A stretch of DNA of 64,000 nucleotides. Origin: Thermoplasmata archaeon (GTDB taxonomy: Archaea; Thermoplasmatota; Thermoplasmata; Lutacidiplasmatales; UBA184). The translations under genes and the position numbers were made by a program. The notes under the pieces are model-generated. The model did not search any database and was not told the origin of the DNA. It worked only from the letters and a program-made list of their open reading frames with translations. The DNA lies in NCBI GenBank assembly GCA_022749935.1, contig JAKIWQ010000006.1:3005-67004 (forward strand). Reading direction: 5' to 3'. This document shows, piece after piece, positions 18,081-26,058 of this stretch (within the stretch, counting starts at the first letter, position 1; the number at the start of each line of letters is the position of its first letter).

Positions 18081-18446
18081 TCACAACACGTTCGGTGCGA
18101 TGTTGATCAGGACGAACCAGATCGCGAGCCACCCGAAAAAGACGAACGCGATGAGTCCGGCCCAATCCCCCTTCGTGTAATGGCGCGCGCCGGTGCGCGC
18201 CCACGCAATCAGGAAATACGTCCCGACGACCCCCACGAACCCGAGGGCCAGCGGGACGAACCATGGGATTCCTGCGGCCGTAAGAGCCCAGCAGCCGACT
18301 CCGAGGACGAGGGCGAGTAGGCCGGCGATCGTGGTAGCGCCCGTAAGCTCGTACTCCTTCCAGATGAAGCCGGCCTCGTCAAATTCCGGAAACTGGAACG
18401 CCGGAGTCGCGTCCTCCTCGATACGTTTGCGAGCCTTCTTCGCCAC
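18081..18446 (-). CDS. Small membrane protein (about 121 aa, 3 predicted TM helices), function unknown
   Basis: Hydrophobic stretches TIAGLLALVLGVGCWALTAAGIPWFVPLALGFVGVVGTYFLIAW and GLIAFVFFGWLAIWFVLI. GTG 18446 is preceded by SD GGGAGGA and lies 2 nt after the lipA stop. Confidence 0.55.
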   Translation of the reverse strand: MAKKARKRIEEDATPAFQFPEFDEAGFIWKEYELTGATTIAGLLALVLGVGCWALTAAGIPWFVPLALGFVGVVGTYFLIAWARTGARHYTKGDWAGLIAFVFFGWLAIWFVLINIAPNVL

Positions 18447-18448
18447 GA

Positions 18449-19363
18449 TCAGGTCCTCCCTGATGCCGCCCGGTCGAAGAGCTCCTCGGCGTGGTAGGAA
18501 CTCCGAACGAGGGGTCCGGCCTCGACCCCCGCAAACCCGAGGTCGAGGGCCCGCTCCTTCCATCGGGAGAACTCACCCGGAGGCAGGTACCGGACGACCG
18601 GTGTGTGCTTCGGACCCGGGGCGAGGTACTGTCCGAACGTGACCAAGTCGACCCCCGCGCTCCGGAGATCCCGGAGCGTGGTCTCGAGGTCTTGTTCGGC
18701 CTCTCCGAGACCGAGCATGATCGAGGTCTTGGTCACCAATCGGCTCCCCCCGACCGAACGGGCTCGGCTCAAGACTTGGAGCGAGCGGTCGTAGCCGGCG
18801 CGGGGGTCCCGAACCCTGGGCGAGAGGGAACGGACCGTTTCGATGTTGTGGGCGAACACCTCGGGGGGGTGGCCCAGGACCACCCGGAGCGCTGACTCCG
18901 AGCCTCCCAGGTCGCCCGCGAGCAACTCGACCTTGGTCGAGGGAACGGCCCGGTGGATACGGTCGACGGTCTCGCTCAGGATGGAGGCGCCTCCGTCGGG
19001 GAGGTCATCGCGACACACCTGGGTGAGGACGACGTACCGGAGGCCCCACCGCTCGACCGCGGTGGCGACCCTCTCGGGTTCGGTGCGGTCGACCACCCCC
19101 CGGGGCCACCGGGTCGTGACGGCGCAGAATCCACACCGACGCGTGCAGTCGGTGCCCAACAGCATGAGGGTCGCCGTGCCGGCCGACCAGCATTCGGGGA
19201 GGTTCGGACACCGCGCCTCCCGGCACACGGTTTCCAGATGGAGGCCCTCGAGAAGTTCCCGGACCTCGCTGTATTGAGGTCCCTGCGGGGGACGGATCCG
19301 GATCCACGGAGGAAGCCGGGCGGGGAACGCGGCGGGGCCGGCCATAGCCTCGGCAGTCGCCAC
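18449..19363 (-). CDS. lipA: Lipoyl synthase
   Basis: TVCREARCPNLPECW and the radical SAM motif CTRRCGFCAV. The start is either GTG 19363 or ATG 19345. Confidence 0.9.
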   Translation of the reverse strand: MATAEAMAGPAAFPARLPPWIRIRPPQGPQYSEVRELLEGLHLETVCREARCPNLPECWSAGTATLMLLGTDCTRRCGFCAVTTRWPRGVVDRTEPERVATAVERWGLRYVVLTQVCRDDLPDGGASILSETVDRIHRAVPSTKVELLAGDLGGSESALRVVLGHPPEVFAHNIETVRSLSPRVRDPRAGYDRSLQVLSRARSVGGSRLVTKTSIMLGLGEAEQDLETTLRDLRSAGVDLVTFGQYLAPGPKHTPVVRYLPPGEFSRWKERALDLGFAGVEAGPLVRSSYHAEELFDRAASGRT

Positions 19364-19386
19364 GCCCGTCCGACCCCCGGGCCGCC

Positions 19387-20544
19387 TTAGCCCTTTCGAG
19401 CGCGACCGCGTCCGAGCCGCTCTTCGACCAGCGTCGCGAGGTAGCTCGCGGGCAAGTCGTCCATCGCGACCCGGCTCGATTCCCCGGTGCCGCCGGTTTC
19501 GAGGGTCACGAGTCCGTCCCGCTCGAGCTCTTTCAGGGTTCGCCAGAACGTCGTCCGGCTCATCGGCGAGCCGCCCAGCTCTTCGAGGAGGGCGCTGTGG
19601 GCCGCCCGGAGCTTTTGGCTGGCGACCGCCGCTCCCCGGCTCCGGAGGGATCGGGAGAGAGCGAGGAGTACTCCGAGCTCGTTGGTCGATAGGGCCTCGA
19701 GCTGGGATTCGGAGAGCGTCGGGAGCAGCGACCCCTTCGTGCGACGCACGTGCTCTGCCAGGATCGTGTCCGATTCCGCGTCCTCGGCCGCGTGGGCCGC
19801 CCCGCCCAGCAGCTCGAGGGCGAATCGGGCATCGCCGTTCGGGGCCGCGATGCGGGCGATCTGGTCCAACACGTCCCGCTCGACGCTCCCGGGCCGCAGC
19901 GCGATCTCCGCCCGGGCACTCAGGATCTCCACGAGGTCCTCCCGGCCGTAGGGGGCGAGGGAGAGCCGGTGGGTCACCCCGAAACTCGACCGGCTGGGAG
20001 CGTCCATGTACGGCAACAGGTCCTCGGCGGCGACGAGGAGGAGCGAGATCGAACCGAGTTCGACCTCATGCGAACGGGAGAGCAGGTACACCAGCTTCGT
20101 CTCCTGCTTGACAAGAGCGGCCGCCTCGTCCAGGATCACGACGAGGTGTTGCGGGCGGCGACGCAGGCCCTGTTCAAAGACGTCGATCATCTCCGAAAGG
20201 CTGTACCCGCGATCCGGCAGCGAGACGTCCACAACACGGAGCAGGTCGAGCATGACGGTCCGGTCGCTGGCGCGCCGCCAGCAATTGATGTAGGCGTACC
20301 GAACCGGGAGCTCGTTCCCGCGCCCGGTCCGCTCGAGGTCGTTCCCAAGCCGTCGGGCGAGGGCGGTCTTGCCGCTGCCGACTCCGCCCGTGAGGAGGAG
20401 ATGGTACGCGAGACCCTTTCCGAGGGCTTCGCGCAACCGCTTCGTGAGCAGTTGGAGCTCCTTCTCGCGTCGTACGAGTCGCGGTGGAAGGTACGAGGGG
20501 TCGAGTGTCTCTTCCTTGACCAGGATCCGCGCGGGGGTCGGCAC
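19387..20544 (-). CDS. cdc6: Orc1/Cdc6 replication initiation protein
   Basis: LPPRLVRREKEL, Walker A LTGGVGSGKTAL, Walker B LVVILDEA, and a C-terminal winged helix (TFWRTLKELERDGLV). GTG start. Confidence 0.92.
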   Translation of the reverse strand: MPTPARILVKEETLDPSYLPPRLVRREKELQLLTKRLREALGKGLAYHLLLTGGVGSGKTALARRLGNDLERTGRGNELPVRYAYINCWRRASDRTVMLDLLRVVDVSLPDRGYSLSEMIDVFEQGLRRRPQHLVVILDEAAALVKQETKLVYLLSRSHEVELGSISLLLVAAEDLLPYMDAPSRSSFGVTHRLSLAPYGREDLVEILSARAEIALRPGSVERDVLDQIARIAAPNGDARFALELLGGAAHAAEDAESDTILAEHVRRTKGSLLPTLSESQLEALSTNELGVLLALSRSLRSRGAAVASQKLRAAHSALLEELGGSPMSRTTFWRTLKELERDGLVTLETGGTGESSRVAMDDLPASYLATLVEERLGRGRARKG

Positions 20545-20579
20545 CGAGGCGGGGACCGAGGACGGTGATTTGAGCTTCG

Positions 20580-21218
20580 CTATTCCCTCGCCGTCCGGCC
20601 CGACCTACGGGGCGTGGGGAGGGACCGGAGGAGGTAGTCGCGGAGCTCGACCACGAGTTCCGAACGGGTGCGACGCGCGTCGAGGACGAGCCAGCCCCCG
20701 CGCCGGGCCAGTCGACGGTATCGTGCCGCGACGCGCTCCAACGTCCTTCGGCGCTCGAGCGGGCCCCGCCCGCGAGGGCGCCGGCCCAATCGACGGAGGG
20801 CGGCGCTCGCCGAAAGGTCGAGCAAGACCACCCGGTCCGGAAGGATGGTCGCTCGGGGGCCGAGTTCTTCCAGCCGCCGTCTCGCAGCGGGGCCGAGGCT
20901 GCTCCCCTGGTAGGCGAGCGTAGAGTGGTGGGAGCGGTCCGTGATCACGACGTCCGCCCGGCGGAGGTCGCGCTCCAGAGCCGGTCGGGCCAGGAACCGG
21001 TCGAGGGTGAAGTAGATGGCACCGACCCATGGGTCTCGGACACTGGCCTCCTGGGCCAGCCGGCCGAGGGCACGGTCCGCCGGTTCTCGACGGAGGGCCA
21101 CGCGGAGCCCGCGACGACGCAGCGAGACCCCGAGGGCCCGCGCGAGGGTGGACTTGCCCGAGCCGTCGATCCCTTCGAGCGCGACGAGGAGTCCCGGGCG
21201 TCGGCCTCGCGCGGTCAA
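20580..21218 (-). CDS. tmk: Thymidylate (dTMP) kinase
   Basis: P-loop LVALEGIDGSGKSTLA, then RREP and TDRSHHSTLAYQG. I prefer TTG 21218, a TTGA overlap with the tatD-like stop. The track start GTG 21251 would overlap the upstream gene by 37 nt. Confidence 0.82.
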   Translation of the reverse strand: MTARGRRPGLLVALEGIDGSGKSTLARALGVSLRRRGLRVALRREPADRALGRLAQEASVRDPWVGAIYFTLDRFLARPALERDLRRADVVITDRSHHSTLAYQGSSLGPAARRRLEELGPRATILPDRVVLLDLSASAALRRLGRRPRGRGPLERRRTLERVAARYRRLARRGGWLVLDARRTRSELVVELRDYLLRSLPTPRRSGRTARE

Positions 21219-22087
21219 GGGACCCTCGGGCCGGATACCTCCGGCGTCCACCCGTAGACTTCCCGAAACGACGCGACGAACGGTATCTGCAACCGTTCCG
21301 CCGCGTCCGGACCTTTCGACGCGATCGCCAGCGCACGACGTGGCACGGTCGCGAGGTCGAGGACCGCCCCCGGCCGGGCCGGGTCATCGAGAAAATCGGT
21401 TTCCAGGAACCAGGGGCCGTCCCCCCCGGTCACCTGGTCCACCAACGTCCGGCGGGCGAGGTAGGAAGGAACGATACCGCTCCGTTCGGCGGCCGGCAGG
21501 GCGGAGCGGGCATAGTGCTTGACGATCCGACCCGGCCGGACCCCGGCGCGAGACCCGCGTTCGGCCAGACTACGATATCCGGGGCCGTCCAGTTCGGCCG
21601 AATGGACGACGACGGGGCAGTCGGCCCCCCGCGCCACCGAAAACGCGTAGTCCAGCACTCGGTTGCACGCGGCCTGGATATCCTCCCCGACCGGGAAGTG
21701 CGGCGTCCCGACCTCTCCGAGCGCCACGGCCCGTTGCTCCCGGACCTCTCGCCCCGCCAGCTCGAGAGCCTCCTCCTGGAGAGCGACCGCCGCGGAGAGT
21801 CCGATGAGAGGGGCGGCGTGGACCAGATCGATCGGGTACGGGGCCACCACGCATTTCACCTCGACTTCGGTCTGACTCCGGATCGCGTCGGCCAGTCGGC
21901 GGGTCGTGTCGAATTGGTCGCGGTAGTCGTCGAGGGACCGAGGCACCGCCGCCGTGTAATTCTGGGTCGCGAGCATCAAATGGGTGCCCCCTGCGGCGGC
22001 GAACCGGCGGGCCGCTCCCACCCCCTCGTGGTTCGGATGGAGGTGACAGTGGTGGTCGATGATAGGAAGGTCGCTGGGGAGCGGCAC
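21215..22087 (-). CDS. TatD-related metal-dependent hydrolase
   Basis: N-terminal IIDHHCHLHP metal motif, then LGEVGTPHF and VVVHS. 290 aa. Confidence 0.75.
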   Translation of the reverse strand: MPLPSDLPIIDHHCHLHPNHEGVGAARRFAAAGGTHLMLATQNYTAAVPRSLDDYRDQFDTTRRLADAIRSQTEVEVKCVVAPYPIDLVHAAPLIGLSAAVALQEEALELAGREVREQRAVALGEVGTPHFPVGEDIQAACNRVLDYAFSVARGADCPVVVHSAELDGPGYRSLAERGSRAGVRPGRIVKHYARSALPAAERSGIVPSYLARRTLVDQVTGGDGPWFLETDFLDDPARPGAVLDLATVPRRALAIASKGPDAAERLQIPFVASFREVYGWTPEVSGPRVP

Positions 22088-22111
22088 CGGGCCGTCCTCG
22101 GGCCGGAAGCC

Positions 22112-22660
22112 CTACCGCAGCAGGCCCGCGCCTTGGAGTTCCTTGGTGATCTTCTTGACCGCGACTTCTACGTCCGACGGTTTGCGCGCTCCGGTGCAGA
22201 CGAGCTTTCCGCTTCCGAACAGGAGCACGACTACCTTGGGGACGTCGATGCGGCAGACCAGTCCGGGGAACTGTTCGGGCTCGTACTCGACCCGGTCGAG
22301 TCCCAGCGTGACCGCGATGGCGTTGAGGTTGATCTCGCTCTCGAGGTCCGAACTCGCGACGATGTTCTGAACCTCGATCCGTGGCTTCATGTTGATCTTC
22401 TGACCGCCCTTCTTGATCTGGGCGGCGACCGTGTGGATCGACTCTTCGACCTCGTGCATGCTCTTCGCGCCGGTGCAGACCACCTTGCCCGAGCGGAACA
22501 GCAGGATCGCGGTCTTCGGTTGCTTCAGGCGGTAGATGAGACCGGGGAACTGTTCGGGCTCATACTCCGCGCCGTCGAGGCCCAACGCGATCGACTGCAG
22601 GTCGAGTTGGTCTCCGAGGGAGGTGGACGCGACGACGTTCTCGATGCGGATCTTGACCAA
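22112..22660 (-). CDS. tbp: TATA-box binding protein
   Basis: Two direct TBP repeats (IENVVAS...EQFPGLIYRL...LLFRSGKVVCTGAKS and VQNIVAS...EQFPGLVCRI...LLFGSGKLVCTGARK). The only in-frame start is TTG at 22660-22658. Confidence 0.95.
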   Translation of the reverse strand: MVKIRIENVVASTSLGDQLDLQSIALGLDGAEYEPEQFPGLIYRLKQPKTAILLFRSGKVVCTGAKSMHEVEESIHTVAAQIKKGGQKINMKPRIEVQNIVASSDLESEINLNAIAVTLGLDRVEYEPEQFPGLVCRIDVPKVVVLLFGSGKLVCTGARKPSDVEVAVKKITKELQGAGLLR

Positions 22661-22681
22661 CGAAATCCCTCGGCGAGTGAG

Positions 22682-22689
22682 TATTTAAA
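22682..22689 (-). promoter_or_regulatory. Canonical archaeal TATA box (TTTAAATA on the minus strand) of tbp
   Basis: The sharpest A/T island in the window (GTATTTAAACTATTATTTAAG). Centred about 25 nt upstream of the TTG start. Confidence 0.65.
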
Positions 22690-22711
22690 CTATTATTTAA
22701 GAGAGGCGAAC

Positions 22712-22752
22712 GCAAAACCAAGACCTCGCCGTCCCTCCCGTCTCGAGGGACG
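22712..22752 (-). terminator. Hairpin plus T-tract, candidate terminator of the NUDIX transcription unit
   Basis: 8-bp perfect stem CGTCCCTC / GAGGGACG (22730-22737 with 22745-22752, 7-nt loop). On the minus strand it is followed by TGGTTTTG (22712-22719). Confidence 0.4.
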
Positions 22753-22867
22753 ATTCGGACGGGCCGGGGCATCCACGATCACGCGCGAGTTGAACGGTCC
22801 CCGACCGCTCGGCTCCGATCGTCGCGATTCGAACCTCCTTCCCCGGACGCCGGTTTGCGGAGAGGAG

Positions 22868-23491
22868 TCACCTAGGGGGACGGGTGGGTGCGAAGACCGG
22901 GCCGAAGGGGTCGTCGCCCAAGGGGTAGTCGAAGAACTGACAGAGGACCCGTCGGGTGAATCCCCAGAGGACGTGACCCTCATGCACGGTCGCGCTGACG
23001 GGCAGACGGCCGAGACTCGTCTCTCGTTCCACTCGGGTGGGACCTTCCAGGGTGGCCTGCGGGAGCCAGAACACGTGAGCGACTTCCCTCGGACTTCGGA
23101 CGACCGGGCGGTTCCCGCGCGCACCGAGGCGCGCCGCAAACACCGCGACCTTGAGTCCGAACCTCCGGGCGAATTCGGTCGAGACGTAGTGCAGGTCGCC
23201 CTCCAAATCGTCCTGCGAGAGGCCAACCTCCTCCTCCAGCTCTCGAAGGGCGGTGAGGGTGAGGTTGCCGTCGCGCTCCGCGACGTGGCCGCCGGGCAGG
23301 GCGACCTGACCGGACGCCGGGTCGGAGTCGTCGGTGGCCCGTTCGATGAGGAGGACCTCGACATCCCGGGATCCCTCGCGGAGCACGACGGTAACGGCCG
23401 CGCCGGCCGAGTGGACGGGAGGACGAACGACCGGGTGCGGTTCCAGCAATTCAGCGATCGACCGGCCCGGAGCGCTCGGGGGCGGCGTCAC
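22868..23491 (-). CDS. NUDIX hydrolase (CoA-pyrophosphatase-like)
   Basis: Nudix box GGHVAERDGNLTLTALRELEEEVGL. GTG start forms a GTGA overlap with the upstream mini-ORF. Confidence 0.8.
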   Translation of the reverse strand: MTPPPSAPGRSIAELLEPHPVVRPPVHSAGAAVTVVLREGSRDVEVLLIERATDDSDPASGQVALPGGHVAERDGNLTLTALRELEEEVGLSQDDLEGDLHYVSTEFARRFGLKVAVFAARLGARGNRPVVRSPREVAHVFWLPQATLEGPTRVERETSLGRLPVSATVHEGHVLWGFTRRVLCQFFDYPLGDDPFGPVFAPTRPPR

Positions 23492-23667
23492 TTCTGCCAG
23501 TCGTACGATACCTTCTCTCGGACGGTGTCGCGGTCTTGCCGATTCTCGGCCCTTCCGCCAGAGGAGCGCGACCCTTCGAGCGCCGCGATCCGGGCGAGGA
23601 GCTCACGGACCTGGCGTTCGAGGGTCTCGATGCGCGCGGCCAAGGCCGGGTCGGAGTGTGCGACCAT
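23488..23667 (-). CDS. 59-aa coiled-coil mini-protein (hypothetical)
   Basis: ATG 23667 gives MVAHSDPALAARIETLERQVRELLARIAALEGSRSSGGRAENRQDRDTVREKVSYDWQK. It contains a heptad-like helix, and its stop overlaps the NUDIX start. The remaining 318-aa track ORF is an alternative frame of the hydrolase gene. Confidence 0.4.
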   Translation of the reverse strand: MVAHSDPALAARIETLERQVRELLARIAALEGSRSSGGRAENRQDRDTVREKVSYDWQK

Positions 23668-23729
23668 CCGCACCCCGACCCCGAGGCCCCAGATAACCTC
23701 ACACGGCCGGCCGGAGCAGACCAGCGGGC

Positions 23730-24545
23730 TCAACCGGGGGTCCGCCCCGGGTCCGCTTCTGCCTTGTGAATGAGGCCGAGGACCGACTCGACCAGTTCGT
23801 CCGGTCGCTCGGCGGGGACCAGGTGGCCGGTCTGAACGAGGATGCGGATCTGTGCCCCGGGGATGGTTTGGCGGAGGATGCGCCCGTGGGACGCGTCGAC
23901 GACGGCGTCGTCCATCGCCTGGACCATGAGGGTCGGGAGCTTGAGGGACGCGATCCGGTTCTTCTCGTCGAACGAGGAGAGGGCCCGACTCCAGGCCCGC
24001 GCCCCCGTGTAGTTCCGATGCGTGACCTCCTCCCGGAGGAGGTCGGCCACCTCGAGGTGGGCCTCGATCCAATCCGGGTAGTACAGGTCCTTGAGGAGGC
24101 GGAGCGCGAATGCGTCCGGTCCCTCGGTGTCGTAGGTGGTCCACCAGCGGTCCATCACCGCTCGCTGATGCGCGTCGCAGTACGCCGCTCCGCTCACGAG
24201 CGTGAGAGTCCGCGCGCGCTCCGGCCGGTTGAGCGCGATTCGCAGGGCGAGGAATGCGCCGGCGCTCAGTCCCACCCAATGCGCCGAAGCGATCCCCGCC
24301 CGGTCGAGGAGCCCGAGGACGTCCTGCTCGAGTTCGTCGAACGAGCACGTCGATCCCCCCGGGAGCGGGGTCGCGCCGTGACCACTCAGGTCCGGCGCGA
24401 GGACACGGTGCCCCTCGGACAGGGCCGGGACTACGGCGTTCCACACGAGTCGGTCGCCGGCGATCCCGTGAAGTAGGACGATGGCCGAGCCGGTTCCCTC
24501 CTCCCGGAACGACAATTCCTGAGGTGGAGGCGTGTCCGAGGCCAT
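23730..24545 (-). CDS. Alpha/beta-fold hydrolase
   Basis: VLLHGIAGD oxyanion region, nucleophile elbow WVGLSAGAF (G-x-S-x-G), and C-terminal GHLVPAERP. Start trimmed to ATG 24545. Confidence 0.8.
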   Translation of the reverse strand: MASDTPPPQELSFREEGTGSAIVLLHGIAGDRLVWNAVVPALSEGHRVLAPDLSGHGATPLPGGSTCSFDELEQDVLGLLDRAGIASAHWVGLSAGAFLALRIALNRPERARTLTLVSGAAYCDAHQRAVMDRWWTTYDTEGPDAFALRLLKDLYYPDWIEAHLEVADLLREEVTHRNYTGARAWSRALSSFDEKNRIASLKLPTLMVQAMDDAVVDASHGRILRQTIPGAQIRILVQTGHLVPAERPDELVESVLGLIHKAEADPGRTPG

Positions 24546-24706
24546 CGGTGCGGCGAAACCCCCGCCCTCATTACCTCCGTGGTCCGAAATCGCCACCGGG
24601 CCCGGGGCGGAAGAACGGGGTACGACACGAGTTCCCGAGCACGATGCATGTATCCAATACCCCCCGGGTCCTACCTCCTTTCGTGGCGGCCCCAAGCGAA
24701 CCCGGC

Positions 24707-25234
24707 ATGCAGGTGGCCATCGCCGGCACCCTCGCGGTCATCGGAGGTATCATTCCGTTGCTCTTCGGAGGTTTCCTCATCGTCCTCCTGATCGGATCCC
24801 CAAGCCTCTACGGCACCGGAACGACCCCCGCGCTCCTCCCGGCCCTCCAGCAGTCGCTGGCGGTGATCGCGGGCATCCTGGTCTTGGTCGGGGGAGTACT
24901 GCTCCTCACCCGGCCCCACGCGACGATGCGATGGGCGCTCCTCCTCCTCGTCGCCTCCGCACTGAGCCTGGCCGGGGGGATCCTCTTCGTCCCGACGTTT
25001 ACCTTAGGCATCCTGGGTGGAATCCTCGCGCTCATCCCCTCCGAGACGCCCACCCCTCCCTGGTGGACCAGCCCGCACCCGCCACCGGGGTGGTCGCCGT
25101 GGCCCTCCCCCCCAACGTTCTGGATCCGGTTCTGCCCCGCCTGCGGCACCGGTCTCGCACCGGGGGCTCGGTTTTGTTCCGCCTGCGGCGGAGCCCTCCC
25201 GAGCCCTCCGCCGACCGCTCCGCCACCCCCGTAG
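24707..25234 (+). CDS. Membrane protein with a Pro/Trp-rich linker and C-terminal zinc ribbon
   Basis: Four hydrophobic helices, then PSETPTPPWWTSPHPPPGWSPWPSPP, then FCPACGTGLAPGARFCSACG (two CxxC pairs). ATG 24707 is in frame with the track ORF. Confidence 0.6.
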   Translation: MQVAIAGTLAVIGGIIPLLFGGFLIVLLIGSPSLYGTGTTPALLPALQQSLAVIAGILVLVGGVLLLTRPHATMRWALLLLVASALSLAGGILFVPTFTLGILGGILALIPSETPTPPWWTSPHPPPGWSPWPSPPTFWIRFCPACGTGLAPGARFCSACGGALPSPPPTAPPPP

Positions 25235-25287
25235 GATTCGCCGGCCCCGCCCCCGGGGGAAATCGCGAGGACCTCGGGGGTCCCCCC

Positions 25288-25295
25288 TAAATAGA
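25288..25295 (+). promoter_or_regulatory. TATA-like box (TAAATAGA) for the thiI-like gene
   Basis: Centred about 27 nt upstream of ATG 25319. Confidence 0.45.
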
Positions 25296-25318
25296 GGGGG
25301 TCCGATATTCGCCTGTCC

Positions 25319-25945
25319 ATGTCGCGCGGTGTGATGCTGATGAGCGGGGGGATCGACTCTCCCGTCGCGATGCACTACCTCCTTCGGCAGGGCCACGAAC
25401 TCCTGGCGGTCCACCTCGACAATCGGCCGTTCACCGACGACTCCCCGCTTTCCAAAGTCGTCGACCACCTTGCGGTGCTCCGGGAGCGGTACCACCAACC
25501 CATCCCACTCTACGTCCTGCCCCACGGGCCGACCCAGATCACGCTGATGCGCGAGACCGACCGGCATGTGGGCTGCGTGCTGTGCCGTCGGTTCATGTGG
25601 CGCTCGGCCGAACGTATCGCGGAGCGGGAAGGGGCGACGTTCCTCGTGACCGGCGAGGCGCTCGGCCAAGTGGCGTCCCAGACCTTGTCGAACATGCGGA
25701 ACGCGACGGCGTCGGTCTCGCTTCCGATCGTCCGTCCGCTCATCGGCTTTGACAAGTCGGAGATCGAGGCCGTGGCCAAATCGATCGGGACGTACGAGAT
25801 CTCCACCCGCCCCGGGATTTGTTGCCAAGCCGTGCCGGACAAGCCCGCGACCCGTTCGAACCTCGTCCAGATCCTTCAGGAAGAGGAACGGATCGACGTC
25901 GACCAGATGATCGACGATTGCGTCCGGAAAGCCGTCATCCTCTGA
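25319..25945 (+). CDS. ThiI-family PP-loop sulfurtransferase domain protein (no THUMP, no rhodanese)
   Basis: PP-loop MLMSGGIDSPVA, GCVLCRR (CxxC), LVTGEALGQVASQT, and a late GICCQ. Only 208 aa, which is the adenylation domain alone. Confidence 0.8.
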   Translation: MSRGVMLMSGGIDSPVAMHYLLRQGHELLAVHLDNRPFTDDSPLSKVVDHLAVLRERYHQPIPLYVLPHGPTQITLMRETDRHVGCVLCRRFMWRSAERIAEREGATFLVTGEALGQVASQTLSNMRNATASVSLPIVRPLIGFDKSEIEAVAKSIGTYEISTRPGICCQAVPDKPATRSNLVQILQEEERIDVDQMIDDCVRKAVIL

Positions 25946-26025
25946 ACCGGGACCCCGAAGGAGCGCGAGGCCCCCAGGGGGCCGACCGGAGCGTCTCCGT
26001 CCACGCCCTCCTGCGGAGAAGAGGT

Positions 26026-26033
26026 CAGATAGA
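26026..26033 (+). promoter_or_regulatory. TATA-like box (CAGATAGA) before the 99-aa ORF
   Basis: Centred about 29 nt upstream of ATG 26059. Confidence 0.3.
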
Positions 26034-26058
26034 CGGTCGGTCCTCCTTTGGACGTCGT

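Noticed and set aside
22826-22835. GATTCGAACC, which resembles the reverse complement of a tRNA T-loop, in the tbp/NUDIX intergenic region
   Set aside because: The flanking bases cannot form the 5-bp T-stem (TCGCG versus CCTCC), and no acceptor or anticodon arms can be drawn. A second similar hit, GGGTCGAACC near 14641, fails the same test.
22661-22867. Replication origin next to the cdc6-containing gene string
   Set aside because: The A/T-rich part is only about 25 bp and is fully explained by the tbp TATA region. No repeated ORB-like elements were seen by eye. The question is left open in a finding.
21029-23773. 914-aa plus-strand ORF spanning the tatD, tbp and NUDIX region
   Set aside because: It is antisense to four well-supported minus-strand genes. 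The translation has no recognisable motifs and a biased R/G/P/D composition.
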